A stretch of DNA of 64,000 bases from Nostoc sp. (GCA_036918135.1 JBALDB010000056.1:128001-192000), one strand, 5' to 3'; shown: positions 11,462 through 22,896, numbered from the stretch's first letter. Notes: generated by a model from the sequence alone, not told the origin. Numbers and translations: made by a program.

Positions 11462-13174
11462 ATGATCAATTCCAAGCCACGCGACGTACAAGTTTTACCA
11501 ATTGCCACAAATACTAAGGCTCTGAGGGCACGTAGTTGGTCACGTCTGCGGTTTGAAATTGAATATGCACTTGAAAGAGGTACTACCTCTAATTGCTATT
11601 TAATTGAAGCTGATAAAACTGCACTCTTCGATCCACCGCCAGAAAGCTTTACCGAAATTTATTTAGAGGCGTTACAGCAGACTTTAGATTTGAAACGTTT
11701 GGATTATGTAATCTTAGGTCATTTTAATCCCAACCGAGTCGCAACCCTTAAAGCAATTTTAGAACTGGCACCACAGGTGACCTTTGTTTGTTCTCTTCCT
11801 GGTGCTAACAATTTGCGTGCTGCTTTCCTAGACCGCGATTTGCAAGTCTTGGTGATGCGGGGGAAAGAAACTCTGGATTTGGGCAAAGGTCATGTTTTGA
11901 AATTCCTCCCGATTCCCAGTCCGCGTTGGCCGGAAGGACTTTGTACTTACGACCAGCAAACCCAAATTCTTTACACAGATAAGTTATTTGCAACTCATAT
12001 CTGTGGCGATGAAGTGTTTGATGATAATCCAGAGACACTCAAAGAAGACCAGCGTTATTACTTTAACTGCCTAATGGCTCCCCAAGCTGCTCACGTGCAA
12101 GCAGCTTTAGAGAAAATATCAGATTTACAGGTAAGAATGTATGCTGTAGGTCACGGCCCTTTGGTACGCACCGGCTTAATTGAACTGACCAAAGCTTACG
12201 CAGAATGGAGCCGTTCTCACAACGATCGCGAAATTTCCGTTGCTTTACTTTATGCCTCAGCTTACGGAAATACAGCGACTTTAGCACAAGCGATCGCTCT
12301 GGGACTGACTAAAGGTGGAGTCGCAGTCAAATCAATTAACTGCGAATTTGCCACTCCCGATGAAATTCGCATCAACCTACAACAGTCAGATGGTTTTATC
12401 ATCGGTTCTCCTACCATCGGCGGTCACGCGCCGACTCCTATTCATACTGCTTTAGGTATTGTGTTATCGAGCGGTGACAACAGCAAATTGGCTGGGGTGT
12501 TTGGTTCCTATGGCTGGAGTGGTGAAGCATTTGACTTAATTGAAGGTAAACTCCGGGATGCTGGATATCGTTTGGGTTTTGACACTTTGAAGGTGAAGTT
12601 TAAACCTGATGATGTCACTCTCAAATTCTGTGAAGAAGTAGGTACAGACTTTGCCCAAGCTTTGAAAAAAGCTAAAAAGGTGCGCGTACCCCAACAAGCT
12701 GCGACTCCAATGGAACAAGCTGTGGGTCGAATTGTTGGTTCTGTTTGCGTACTCACAGCTAAGCTTGGAGAAGTATCTACTGGGATGCTAGGCGCTTGGG
12801 TTTCTCAAGCTACCTTTAATCCACCTGGACTTACGGTTGCTATTGCCAAAGACCGAGCGATCGAATCTTTAATGTATCCTGGCGGTAAATTTGCTTTAAA
12901 TATCCTATCTGAAGGCAATCATCAAGATTACATGAAGCATTTCCGTAAATCTTTTGCGCCTGGAGAAGACCGATTTGCCAACTTTAGTACAGCAGTTGCA
13001 GATAACGGCTGTACTGTTCTTACCGACGCCTCAGCATATCTGGAATGCTCAGTAAACCAACGTCTGGAATGCGGCGATCACTGGGTTGTGTATGCAACTG
13101 TAGATGAAGGTAAATTACTCAAGCCTGATGCTATTACTGCCATCAACCATCGTAAAACCGGCACTCATTATTAA
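11462..13174 (+). CDS. flv1B: Flavodiiron protein, Flv1 type (probably Flv1B)
   Basis: KPRDVQV, RLRFEIEYALERGTT, non-canonical iron ligands (GHFNPNR), SAYGNT flavodoxin loop. Confidence 0.85.
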   Translation: MINSKPRDVQVLPIATNTKALRARSWSRLRFEIEYALERGTTSNCYLIEADKTALFDPPPESFTEIYLEALQQTLDLKRLDYVILGHFNPNRVATLKAILELAPQVTFVCSLPGANNLRAAFLDRDLQVLVMRGKETLDLGKGHVLKFLPIPSPRWPEGLCTYDQQTQILYTDKLFATHICGDEVFDDNPETLKEDQRYYFNCLMAPQAAHVQAALEKISDLQVRMYAVGHGPLVRTGLIELTKAYAEWSRSHNDREISVALLYASAYGNTATLAQAIALGLTKGGVAVKSINCEFATPDEIRINLQQSDGFIIGSPTIGGHAPTPIHTALGIVLSSGDNSKLAGVFGSYGWSGEAFDLIEGKLRDAGYRLGFDTLKVKFKPDDVTLKFCEEVGTDFAQALKKAKKVRVPQQAATPMEQAVGRIVGSVCVLTAKLGEVSTGMLGAWVSQATFNPPGLTVAIAKDRAIESLMYPGGKFALNILSEGNHQDYMKHFRKSFAPGEDRFANFSTAVADNGCTVLTDASAYLECSVNQRLECGDHWVVYATVDEGKLLKPDAITAINHRKTGTHY

Positions 13175-13258
13175 ACAGTAAGAAGTTTGACTTAAGGAAA
13201 TTGCCTTAGCTTGAATATAGCCGAGGCTTTTGAGTAGAAAAATTCTCTTTTTTCTTGT

Positions 13259-13290
13259 GGGATGGGTATCTTGCCCGTCCCAATTTTTTT
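13259..13290 (+). terminator. Probable intrinsic terminator after the flv pair
   Basis: gggatggg-tatcttg-cccgtccc followed by T-run. Confidence 0.6.
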
Positions 13291-13336
13291 ATGGCTAATC
13301 AACAAAATCTAAGCAATTTTAGGCTGGAGTTTAAAA

Positions 13337-13365
13337 GCGTAGGTGTAGCCCGTTGTAAACATTGC
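13337..13365 (-). repeat. SDR5-like 21-nt element inside a degenerate HIP1 site
   Basis: Reverse complement GCAAT-gtttacaacgggctacaccta-CGC. Confidence 0.65.
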
Positions 13366-13763
13366 TAAAAACTAAACTTTAAATATTTAAGCCAAAATAG
13401 ATGTTTTGCTTTCTATTTACGTACTCACATTTTTATCAAAAAAAATAAGGAGAGCGTTTTCTATATTATCTATCTAAAGACAGATATTTGAGATTTTAGA
13501 GTCTGAGATTATACGCATATTTTAATATTACAAAGGCAACACTTGTTTTCAAAGTCACTTTGACAATACTCTGATTTTTGATATGAGGAATCACTAGCTG
13601 CAAGCTATCTCGACAGCTTTATTATTCGTGCGGCTGACAGAGGAGCTGTTGCTGGTGCATCGCCTAGACTACGCCCATAGGGGCATTGACCCAAGAGTTA
13701 TTTCTGCCCTGCGGCGAAATTCTCACCAATTGAACACCAGAGTTATCGAGGAATCAAAGCCAA

Positions 13764-14837
13764 GTGAATCCCAGTGACAACAATATTGACAAACCATCCT
13801 TAGAAATCAACGCTTCTCGTCAGTTCACGGCTTGGCTGTATGAGCAAAACCTGAGTCTATCTTTCACTACCTATCAAGCGGGAAAGTTATTCTTCATTGG
13901 CTTGCAACCAAACGGCAGATTATCTGTATTTGAACGCACCTTTGAGCGGTGCATGGGGTTGTATGCCAATGGCAGCAGCCTCTACATGAGTACTCTATAT
14001 CAACTGTGGCGATTTGAAAACATTATCCAACCCGAACAAAGCCACCAAGGCTACGATGCTCTTTATTTGCCTCAAATGAGTTATGTGACGGGAGATTTGG
14101 ATATTCACGATATCGCTCTGAGTCAAGTAGAAGAAAAAGATTTAAAGCCACAAAAGTTAGTATTTGTCAATACACTATTTAGTTGTTTGGGAACAGTTAG
14201 CGAAACGCATAGTTTCATTCCCTTGTGGCAGCCAACCTTTATCAGCAAGCTAGCAGCGGAAGATAGATGTCACCTGAATGGGTTGGCAATGCAGGCAGGG
14301 AAACCCAAATATGTCACTGCTGTCAGCCAGTCGGATGTGGCAGAAGGCTGGCGGGAGCATCGGCGAAATGGGGGCTGTGTAATAAATATCGAGAGCAATG
14401 AAATCGTCTTACGGGGCCTGTCCATGCCCCACTCACCGCGCTCTCATCAGGACAAACTCTGGATGCTCAACTCAGGTACGGGAGAGTTTGGCTTTGCCGA
14501 CATTGAACGGGGAGTATTTGAACCAGTCGCCTTTTGTCCAGGATATCTGCGTGGTTGTGCTTTTCATGGCAACTTTGCAGTGGTGGGAATTTCCCAACCT
14601 AGACATAACAAAACTTTCAGCGGTTTGCTTTTAGACGAGAAATTGCAACAGAAAAACGTCGAGCCTCGCTGTGGGTTGCTAGTGATTGACCTGAGGAGCG
14701 GCGATATTGTTCATTCCTTGCGAATAGAAGGAGTTGTACTGGAATTATACGACGTGGTGGCGCTACCAGGGGTGCGGCGTCCAATGGCGATCGGATTTCG
14801 CAGCGACGAAATTCGGCGGGTGGTGACGGTGGGATGA
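13764..14837 (+). CDS. TIGR03032/DUF4915 family protein
   Basis: TTYQAGKL, TGDLDIHD, VNTLFSCL, EDRCHLNGLA, GLSMPHSPR, FCPGYLRG motifs. Confidence 0.85.
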   Translation: MNPSDNNIDKPSLEINASRQFTAWLYEQNLSLSFTTYQAGKLFFIGLQPNGRLSVFERTFERCMGLYANGSSLYMSTLYQLWRFENIIQPEQSHQGYDALYLPQMSYVTGDLDIHDIALSQVEEKDLKPQKLVFVNTLFSCLGTVSETHSFIPLWQPTFISKLAAEDRCHLNGLAMQAGKPKYVTAVSQSDVAEGWREHRRNGGCVINIESNEIVLRGLSMPHSPRSHQDKLWMLNSGTGEFGFADIERGVFEPVAFCPGYLRGCAFHGNFAVVGISQPRHNKTFSGLLLDEKLQQKNVEPRCGLLVIDLRSGDIVHSLRIEGVVLELYDVVALPGVRRPMAIGFRSDEIRRVVTVG

Positions 14838-14885
14838 GAAGCAATTCAAAATTCAAATTCCAATTTATAACAGGAATCAACAACA

Positions 14886-17800
14886 ATGGCTAATGCAGTT
14901 TTCAACCTCTCAGACCTCAACGGCAGCAACGGCTTCGCGATTAGCGGCATTGATACAGGTAATGGCTTAGGCAACTCCGTTAGCGATGCCGGGGACATCA
15001 ATGGCGACGGCTTGGATGACGTGATTATTGGGGCAAGTGGTGCTGGGGAGAGTTATGTGGTGTTTGGCAGCAGCAGTGGCTTTAGTGCCCAACTTGACCT
15101 TTCATCCCTGGACGGTAGTAACGGCTTCGTAATTAATGGTGCGAGTCGCGTAGGCTCCTCTGGAGACATCAACGGTGACGGCTTTGACGACCTGATTCTC
15201 GGGGCACCATCTGCCTCCCCCAACGGCAATCTATTTGCTGGGGAGAGTTACGTAGTCTTTGGCAAGAGTACTGGCTTTGGCGCTAGCCTCAACCTCTCTG
15301 ACCTCAACGGCATCAACGGCTTTGCGATCGACGGCATTAATGAGGTGGACTACTCAGGCCGATCCGTTAGCAATGCGGGTGACATCAACGGCGATGGCTT
15401 CGATGACTTGATTATTGGTGCATCATACAGATTATCTGATATCGGAAGCTATGTAGTGTTTGGCAGCAGTAATGGTTTTAGTGCCAGCCTCAACCTCTCA
15501 AACCTTAATGGTAGCAACGGCTTCTCGATCGACGGTATCCAGACAAGCCCTAACTCGTCAATCTCCGTCAGTAATGCTGGAGATATCAACGGCGATGGCT
15601 TCGACGACCTGATTATCGGGTCATCAGGTGGTAACCCCAGTGATGATGGATACAGTGCTGCTGGTAAGAGTTACGTAGTGTTTGGCAAGAGTACTGGCTT
15701 TGGAGCCAGCCTCAACCTCTTAGACCTCAATGGCAGCAATGGCTTCGCAATCAATGGCATCGATCGGGGTGACAGCTCAGGCTCCTCCGTTAGCAGTGCT
15801 GGAGACATTAATGGCGATGGCTTCGACGACCTGATTATCGGGGCATCCGGTGGCGACCCTAACGGCAAGTATAATGCAGGGGAGAGCTACGTAGTGTTTG
15901 GCAAGAGTACTGGCTTTGAAGCCAACCTCAACCTCTTAGACCTCAATGGCAGCAACGGCTTTGTACTCAACGGCATTGATGAAAGGGACTTTTCAGGCGA
16001 CTCTGTCAGCAGTGCCGGGGACTTCAACGGTGACGGCTTCGATGACCTAATTATCGGGGCACTCCTTGCCTCCCCCAATGGCAATTACGGTGCTGGGGAG
16101 AGCTATCTAGTGTTTGGCAGTAGCAGTGGCTTTGGAGCCGGACTCAACCTATCGAGTCTCAACGGCAGCAACGGCTTTGCAATCAACGGCATTGATACAC
16201 GTGACTTCTCAGGCTCCTCCGTTAGTAGTGCTGGAGACATTAACGGCGATGGCTTTGAGGACTTAATTATTGGGGCACCCGATGCTGACCCGTATAATGC
16301 TGGGGAGAGCTACGTCATCTTTGGCTTTGCGGCTGCTACACCTACTAATCAACCTCCAGTGGCAGTTGCCGATACGGTTATCACCAACGAAGATACCGCC
16401 GTTAACATTTCGGTTTTAGTCAACGACAGCGACCCGAATAGCAGCCTCTTAACGGTGACAAATGTCACCAATGTGCCAGTTCCTGTTGGCACTCCCATTA
16501 TCCTAAGTTCCGGTGCTTTAGTCATTCTCAATGCTGATGGCACTTTAACTTATAATCCCAATAGTAAATTTGAAACTTTGGGTATAAATGAAATTGGCAG
16601 TGACAACTTTACCTACACAGTTACCAATGGCGACTTTTTCAGTGTAGGTAGCGTCAATGTGACCATAAACGGGGTGAATAACGCACCCAGCTTTGCTTCT
16701 TTCAACCTCTCAGACCTCAATGGCAGCAATGGCTTCGTACTCAACGGCATTGATACATATGACTACTCAGGCTCATCCGTTAGCAATGCCGGAGACATTA
16801 ACGGCGATGGCTTCGACGACCTGATTATCGGGGCTGCCAGTGCCGACCCCAACGGCAAGCAAGATGCTGGAGAGAGTTACGTGATATTTGGCAGCAGCAG
16901 TGGCTTTAGTCCCAGCCTCGAACTCTCTACCCTCAATGGCAGCAACGGCTTCGTACTCAACGGCATTGATGAGGGTGACTTTTCTGGCAACTCCGTTAGC
17001 AATGCTGGAGACATCAACGCCGACGGCATCGACGACCTGATTATTGGGGCAGTTGATGCCGACCCCAACGGCAAGTATAATGCTGGGGAGAGCTATCTGG
17101 TGTTTGGCAGTAGCAGCGGTTTTAGTCCCAGTCTCGACCTCTCTACTCTCAATGGCAGCAATGGTTTTGTAATCAACGGCATTGAGACATATGAATATTC
17201 AAGCAACTCCGTCAGCGGTGTTGGAGACATCAATGGTGATGGCTTCGATGACTTGATAATTGGGGCAAGAAATGCCAACCCCAACCCCAAGATAAATGCT
17301 AATAAGAGTTACGTGGTATTTGGCAGTAGCAGCGGCTTTGGAGCCAGCCTCGACCTTTCCACTCTGGACGGCAGCAACGGCTTCGCGATCGACGGCATTG
17401 ATCCAAATGGCCAATTAGTCTCCTCCGTTAGCAATGCAGGTGACGTTAATGGCGACGGCTTCGACGACCTGATTATTGGGGCATACGGTGCTGGACAGAG
17501 TTACGTAGTGTTTGGCAGCAACAGTGGCTTTGGCGCTAGCCTCAACCTCTTAGACCTCAATGGCAGTAACGGCTTCGCGATCGAGGATCTCAATACGAAT
17601 AGCTCGTTAGGCTCGTCTGTTAGCAATGCTGGAGATATCAACGGTGACGGCTTCGACGACCTGATTATTGAGGCACCTTTTGCCAACCCCACCATCTATT
17701 ACAATGATATAGGAGAGAGCTACTTCGTCTATGGACAGAGCTACGTAGTCTTTGGCAAGAGCAGTGGTTTTGCAGCTAGTCTGAACCCCTCCGACCTTAA

Positions 17801-19226
17801 CGGCAGCAACGGCTTCGCAATCGGTCAGTTAGACTCGTCCGTCAGCAGTGCAGGGGACTTTAACAGCGACGGCTTCGATGACCTGATTATTGGGTTACCT
17901 AGATCCAAAAACTCCAATGGTCAGTTTCGTGCTGGGCAGAGCTACGTAGTATTTGGCAGTAGCGGTGGCTTTGGAGCTAGTCTCAACCTCACCGACTTTA
18001 TCGGTAGTAACGGTATCGTGATTAACGGCATTGATGAGGGTGACTACTTAGGCAACTCGGTCAGCAATGGCGGAGACATTAACGGGGACGGCTTCGATGA
18101 CCTAATTATTGGGGCAAGTGGTGCCGACCCCAACGGAGTAAATTCTGCTGGGGAGAGCTACGTGATCTTCAACTTTGCACCTAAAGCTACCACCGATGAA
18201 GATACTGCCGTTAACATCCTTGCCAGTAGTATCCTAACGAAATATACAGATGTAGATGGGGATACCTTTAGCATCAGTGGCTTTACTAACCCCACTAATG
18301 GTACATTGACACTCAATAACAACGGTACTGTTGGGGATACCAACGATGACTACTTCGTTTACACCCCCAACGCCAACTATAACGGCGTTGATAGCTTTAT
18401 CTACACTATCAGCGACACTAATGGCGGCAGCGTTACTGGTGCTTTTAAGGTAAAGGTTAAGCCAGTCAATGATGCACCAGTTGCAGTAAATGATACTGTT
18501 ATCGCAGCCAAATATACACCTGTGCGTATCCAAGCAAATACTCTGCTAGCTAACGATACAGATATTGATAGCAGCAGCTTGAAAGTGACTAGTATCAGTG
18601 ATGTGACTAAAGGTACTGCCGTACTTAAAAATAACGGCACTCCTAACAACTCCACAGACGACTTCATCCTTTTTACCCCAACTAGCGGGTTTAGTGGTGC
18701 GGCTAGCTTCAACTACACCATCACTGATAGACAACTTACCAGTAGTGCTAAGGTTACTGTGCAAGTTGGCGATCGCCTTTTTGGTGGTAACGGCAACGAC
18801 AATCTCAACGGCACTCTTGGCAATGACTACCTCAAGGGTGGGAATGGCAAAGATTCCCTCAATGGCAATAAGGGTAATGATACCCTCGTCGGCGGTAGTG
18901 GTAATGACATCCTTTGTGGCGGTAATGGCAAAGATATCCTCTGCGGTGGCAATGGTAACGACAAATTGTCTGGTGGTTTTGGTAACGATACCCTCACAGG
19001 TGGCAATGGCAAGGATAAATTTGTCTTAACTGCAACCCAAGCCACTGATACTATTACTGACTTTTGCCAGGGTACTGACTTAATTGGACTGTCTGGTGGT
19101 CTGACCTTTACTCAGTTGAGTTTCTCCGGTCACAATATCATCGTCACTGCTAGTGATGAAATTTTGGCAACGCTGACTAGGATTAATACTACAACACTAA
19201 CGGCTGCTAATTTCACTATTATTTAG
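14886..19226 (+). CDS. Large secreted adhesin-like protein: two blocks of 7 FG-GAP repeats, cadherin/Ig-like domains, RTX Ca-binding C-terminus
   Basis: 14 (A/S/V/G)GD(I/F/V)NxDGxDD repeats with [44 protein letters not shown] nonapeptides; no N-terminal signal peptide. Confidence 0.88.
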   Translation: MANAVFNLSDLNGSNGFAISGIDTGNGLGNSVSDAGDINGDGLDDVIIGASGAGESYVVFGSSSGFSAQLDLSSLDGSNGFVINGASRVGSSGDINGDGFDDLILGAPSASPNGNLFAGESYVVFGKSTGFGASLNLSDLNGINGFAIDGINEVDYSGRSVSNAGDINGDGFDDLIIGASYRLSDIGSYVVFGSSNGFSASLNLSNLNGSNGFSIDGIQTSPNSSISVSNAGDINGDGFDDLIIGSSGGNPSDDGYSAAGKSYVVFGKSTGFGASLNLLDLNGSNGFAINGIDRGDSSGSSVSSAGDINGDGFDDLIIGASGGDPNGKYNAGESYVVFGKSTGFEANLNLLDLNGSNGFVLNGIDERDFSGDSVSSAGDFNGDGFDDLIIGALLASPNGNYGAGESYLVFGSSSGFGAGLNLSSLNGSNGFAINGIDTRDFSGSSVSSAGDINGDGFEDLIIGAPDADPYNAGESYVIFGFAAATPTNQPPVAVADTVITNEDTAVNISVLVNDSDPNSSLLTVTNVTNVPVPVGTPIILSSGALVILNADGTLTYNPNSKFETLGINEIGSDNFTYTVTNGDFFSVGSVNVTINGVNNAPSFASFNLSDLNGSNGFVLNGIDTYDYSGSSVSNAGDINGDGFDDLIIGAASADPNGKQDAGESYVIFGSSSGFSPSLELSTLNGSNGFVLNGIDEGDFSGNSVSNAGDINADGIDDLIIGAVDADPNGKYNAGESYLVFGSSSGFSPSLDLSTLNGSNGFVINGIETYEYSSNSVSGVGDINGDGFDDLIIGARNANPNPKINANKSYVVFGSSSGFGASLDLSTLDGSNGFAIDGIDPNGQLVSSVSNAGDVNGDGFDDLIIGAYGAGQSYVVFGSNSGFGASLNLLDLNGSNGFAIEDLNTNSSLGSSVSNAGDINGDGFDDLIIEAPFANPTIYYNDIGESYFVYGQSYVVFGKSSGFAASLNPSDLNGSNGFAIGQLDSSVSSAGDFNSDGFDDLIIGLPRSKNSNGQFRAGQSYVVFGSSGGFGASLNLTDFIGSNGIVINGIDEGDYLGNSVSNGGDINGDGFDDLIIGASGADPNGVNSAGESYVIFNFAPKATTDEDTAVNILASSILTKYTDVDGDTFSISGFTNPTNGTLTLNNNGTVGDTNDDYFVYTPNANYNGVDSFIYTISDTNGGSVTGAFKVKVKPVNDAPVAVNDTVIAAKYTPVRIQANTLLANDTDIDSSSLKVTSISDVTKGTAVLKNNGTPNNSTDDFILFTPTSGFSGAASFNYTITDRQLTSSAKVTVQVGDRLFGGNGNDNLNGTLGNDYLKGGNGKDSLNGNKGNDTLVGGSGNDILCGGNGKDILCGGNGNDKLSGGFGNDTLTGGNGKDKFVLTATQATDTITDFCQGTDLIGLSGGLTFTQLSFSGHNIIVTASDEILATLTRINTTTLTAANFTII

Positions 19227-19479
19227 TGCCTTGCTTTCTTGAAGTTAACAGAAATTTCAAGTCGATGACAGTCAGAATTTGAGACTTCAATGCCATTTTT
19301 CTAGGAGGTTATCAAGTTAAAAACAAGTCTGGCTAAATACTTGTCATTACGTTCGCCCTTGGCGTTCCCGTAGGGTACGCAGCGATAGCGAAGTGAAGTA
19401 ATCGCAAAGTCAAAAAAGGGTGTGGGGGGTAGGGAAAACGGCATTGGTCGGAGCATTAAGGCAGGTTGCTAACTAAGAA

Positions 19480-19827
19480 TTAGCCTAATTTTTCTACTCG
19501 TAAGCCAAAGTACGTCAAAACAAGTTCAGTTGAGCCAGTGTTAACAATTTCGTGTATTTCTCCTAGTTCTATTGCTACACAGTTTCCTGGAAGCAGGGGA
19601 TATTCTTTACCATCAATATGAATTACTCCCGAACCAGCTTCCACAAAGAAGACTTCACACATATCCTGATGCGCGTGTGGCGGTGCAGTTTGTCCGGGAG
19701 CAAAACGTGCTTGGGAAAAGTTAGTCAGGTGAGGCAAATCGCCGTAGCGTAGCATCACCTTTTTCTTGATTTCGGGATTGTGAGAAACAGCCTCTTCTGG
19801 CAGGTTATTCAAGTCAGTGGTAATCAT
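19480..19827 (-). CDS. Cupin domain protein
   Basis: PHAHQDMCEVFFV...GEIHEIVNTG; ATGA overlap with the upstream gene. Confidence 0.85.
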   Translation of the reverse strand: MITTDLNNLPEEAVSHNPEIKKKVMLRYGDLPHLTNFSQARFAPGQTAPPHAHQDMCEVFFVEAGSGVIHIDGKEYPLLPGNCVAIELGEIHEIVNTGSTELVLTYFGLRVEKLG

Positions 19828-22763
19828 TCGGGTCGCAAATCGTTGGATAATTCCACAATACCCCTAGATCCATCAATCCGGACTCTTTGACCATCTTGCA
19901 AAAGCCATGTAGCACCACGAACATCCATGATTGCGGGGATTCCGTATTCACGTGCAACGATCGCACCGTGAGAAAGCCGTCCGCCAGCTTCAGCAATTAA
20001 GCCTCCAGCCCTTAGTAATAAAGGTGCCCAGCCGGAATCTGTGTAAGGTACTACTAAAATTGTATCCCGGTCAATTTCTGGTATTTCTTGTAAATTTCGC
20101 AACACCTTAACTCTGCCTTCGGTTTGCCCGTGACTAGCTCCAATACCTTGTAAAATTTGGTCAGAGTAGAGGGCAGAGGGCGCTAAGGGGTGAGGAGGTG
20201 TATTGCCGTAGACTACAAAAGGTACTTGAGCAATCTCGCTATCTTGGAAAAATTGCGATCGCCTAAATTCCACTAACTCAGCCAATTGCTCAATTAAGCT
20301 GGAATCTCCACCTGCAACTAAACGCCGCACTTCATCAAAGTCTAGAAAAAAGATATCGTCTGTTTTCTTTAGCAAACCAGACTCGATCCAAATCTTCTCT
20401 AAAGCCACAAAACTCCAACGCAATTCAGCTAAAAGCCGTGAATAAACTTCGGTGACTCGTCCTTTGATATCTACACGTCGCTGGACAAACCCACGTTTGC
20501 GGGTACGAAAAAAGATGCTATTGTTCGCGTCTTTAATGCCTGCTTTTGGTTCGTTCCCCTGAATTAACTGGACAAACATCTGCTTAATGAGTTGGGGATT
20601 CTCCCGCCAAGTGGGAACGGAAATATCTGTTCCTACTTCACTTAAATAGCCATAATCCTGAAGCAATTCGTCAAATTCATTCAGAATCTTCTTTCCTTGA
20701 GGGGTTTGGTTTAATTGCTCAAACACCTGCTGTGGCTCAAACTTAGATAATATCTGCTTGGCATCTGCGGCTATTGCAGCTAACGCTCGCAATGCTGCTA
20801 TCTCTGGGGTGACGCTGCGATCGATTTGCCCATCTTTCACCCGGAAAATCGCCTGTCTCAGGGCAGCACTCAAAGGAGCTAAAATGCTGTAATACGTCGC
20901 TCGATGAACCAATTCCAAGATTGAGTCAATTCTTGCCAACAGCTTGGGCGGTTCCAAGTTATTTATCTGTTCCTGCGCCAACTGCGATAAACCAGGAATG
21001 AAGCGTTTGTGATAATCGCGTTTAAAGTCCTTTTCTAAATTTAACTCCCGCTTGAGTAACCTCCCTAGTCCAGGAAAATTCTCCCAGGTTGTCTTCCAAG
21101 ACGGCTTACTGAGTTTTGTTCCTCTGGTTAAAAACTCCAGGCTTTCTGGTGGCAGTCCCATGCGGATAAAAATTTCTCCTAAGAGGGATGCATTAAAGTA
21201 GGCTCTGGAATAATGCAGAGTTGCTGTTTGGGTGAAATCTAACCCTAAGGCGCGTTCGGCTTTGCCGTTGCCGTTGGCATAGCGTCTCGCAGAGAAGGCA
21301 TCACTCAAAACTAAAGTAAAAATTTCTCCCCAAACTCCACAAGTTAAAGGACGATTTATTGACCATGTTAAGGGGTGAATTACTCCCGGAATCACTTCGG
21401 CAGCGATTTTTCGTGTCCAGATGGGTAGCAAAGTGGTAATTGGTCGAGATTGCAACACCCAAAGCGTTTGACCGTCGTAACTCCACTCAATATCTTGAGG
21501 AATGCCATTGTAACGCTTTTCCAGTCGGAAAGCCAAATATGCAACTTGCTTGATTATTGCTTGTGGGACTCGTCCTTCACCTTCCAATTGCACAGAAGAA
21601 GAATTTTCCGTTTCAAAAACAAAAGCGCGATATTGTTCTGGTGTGACTTTTCCGGAAACGACTTGTGTCGGGCTGCCTGGGAGGGCTTCAATAATAATTG
21701 CATCACCTTGCTGGGTAATGGGATCGCGGCTGAAAGCGACACCAGAAAATACACTCTGGACTTGTTGTTGAATCAGCACTGCCATTGCTGTTTCATTTAA
21801 ACCGCGATCGCGCCGATATTGCACGGCAGACGGATGATTGTAGGAAGCTTGCACTTGAGCGATCGCTGACTGTAATGCTTGGGGACTGGTAACATTTAAA
21901 ACTGTTTGATACTGCCCAGCCGCAGAAGCGTGTTCTGAGTCTTCGCCAATGGCAGAAGAACGCACCACTAAAGGAGATAATTCTGATGGCTGGAGAAATT
22001 CCGTTAACAACTCAGGATCGTCAATCGGGGCAAGTACCCACCCCTTGGGCACTGAGTAACCCCAGCGCTTAATTTGAGATAATGTAGCCGCCTTTTCGCC
22101 GACAATGGTAGCATCCAACTCTTCATCTAAAGAAACCATTGCTCGATCGCCGCGTAAAAATTCTAACATCGCTTGCGATTCTGTTTGTGCTTCTTGGGCT
22201 GGCAGATTCATATCATCAGGAATTTTTGTGTAAATCCAGCCCATCAAACCAGCTAAAGCAATAACAGCAAGCATTCTGGGGATATCACTTAGATGCAGAA
22301 GGATGACAAACAAAGGAAATAGTAACAATACCCCAAATTTAACTACCTGTCTGGAGTGCAGAATTGAAAAGCTCATTCCGGCAAAGAAAAATACAAATAT
22401 TGCTACCAGTGGGTCGTGTACTACAAATCCCCAGACGACATTTGTCGTACCTGCCCCTCTGCCTATCCAGTATCTACCGATTACCAAAGCGATCAGGGCA
22501 ATTAATTCCCAAAATGAGCCTTCTAGAAAGAAAGCACGGCTGAGAAAAACTGCCGCAATCCCTTTAAAAGCTTCTGACAAAACTGCCAGAATTCCAACAA
22601 ACGTACCCCCATGATAGAAAGCCGCTGATACACTGATGTTTCCTGTACCAACTTCTGATAATCGCTTACGCTTCAGGGCGTAAGTAATCCATGCAATCAG
22701 GGGTAATCCGCCCAAGAGGGGGCAGACAATTAAAATAACTAAGACACCCCAAAGTTCAAACAT
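19824..22763 (-). CDS. PlsY-like glycerol-3-phosphate acyltransferase fused to PEP/pyruvate-binding ATP-grasp and phospho-His swivel domains
   Basis: GTGNISVSAAF/GAGTTN in a multi-TM N-terminus; VVRSSAIGED..SAAGQY, QDIEW, QSRPIT; GGRLSHGAIVAREYGIPA. Confidence 0.85.
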   Translation of the reverse strand: MFELWGVLVILIVCPLLGGLPLIAWITYALKRKRLSEVGTGNISVSAAFYHGGTFVGILAVLSEAFKGIAAVFLSRAFFLEGSFWELIALIALVIGRYWIGRGAGTTNVVWGFVVHDPLVAIFVFFFAGMSFSILHSRQVVKFGVLLLFPLFVILLHLSDIPRMLAVIALAGLMGWIYTKIPDDMNLPAQEAQTESQAMLEFLRGDRAMVSLDEELDATIVGEKAATLSQIKRWGYSVPKGWVLAPIDDPELLTEFLQPSELSPLVVRSSAIGEDSEHASAAGQYQTVLNVTSPQALQSAIAQVQASYNHPSAVQYRRDRGLNETAMAVLIQQQVQSVFSGVAFSRDPITQQGDAIIIEALPGSPTQVVSGKVTPEQYRAFVFETENSSSVQLEGEGRVPQAIIKQVAYLAFRLEKRYNGIPQDIEWSYDGQTLWVLQSRPITTLLPIWTRKIAAEVIPGVIHPLTWSINRPLTCGVWGEIFTLVLSDAFSARRYANGNGKAERALGLDFTQTATLHYSRAYFNASLLGEIFIRMGLPPESLEFLTRGTKLSKPSWKTTWENFPGLGRLLKRELNLEKDFKRDYHKRFIPGLSQLAQEQINNLEPPKLLARIDSILELVHRATYYSILAPLSAALRQAIFRVKDGQIDRSVTPEIAALRALAAIAADAKQILSKFEPQQVFEQLNQTPQGKKILNEFDELLQDYGYLSEVGTDISVPTWRENPQLIKQMFVQLIQGNEPKAGIKDANNSIFFRTRKRGFVQRRVDIKGRVTEVYSRLLAELRWSFVALEKIWIESGLLKKTDDIFFLDFDEVRRLVAGGDSSLIEQLAELVEFRRSQFFQDSEIAQVPFVVYGNTPPHPLAPSALYSDQILQGIGASHGQTEGRVKVLRNLQEIPEIDRDTILVVPYTDSGWAPLLLRAGGLIAEAGGRLSHGAIVAREYGIPAIMDVRGATWLLQDGQRVRIDGSRGIVELSNDLRPE

Positions 22764-22896
22764 TATTAGATTTTAGATTTTAGATTTAAATTTGCCATCT
22801 AAAATCTCAAATCTCAACTCTAAAATTTTTATGAAATTTTTGATGATTATTAGGCGGCTTTGAGTAAATATAATTCTGGATTCTGTACTTTTCTTT

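Noticed and set aside
11288..11517. ORFs over the G-rich repeats (also 23122-23477, 42278-42526, and the N-terminal extension of cupB from 42429)
   Set aside because: Translations of low-complexity repeats
13530..13570. AAAGGCAA... as a c-di-GMP-I riboswitch
   Set aside because: Lacks the GGCAAAC/GAAA tetraloop/GACGCAAA pattern
15671..19045. Many repeated minus-strand and alternate-frame ORFs in the FG-GAP gene
   Set aside because: Shadow frames of a repetitive coding sequence
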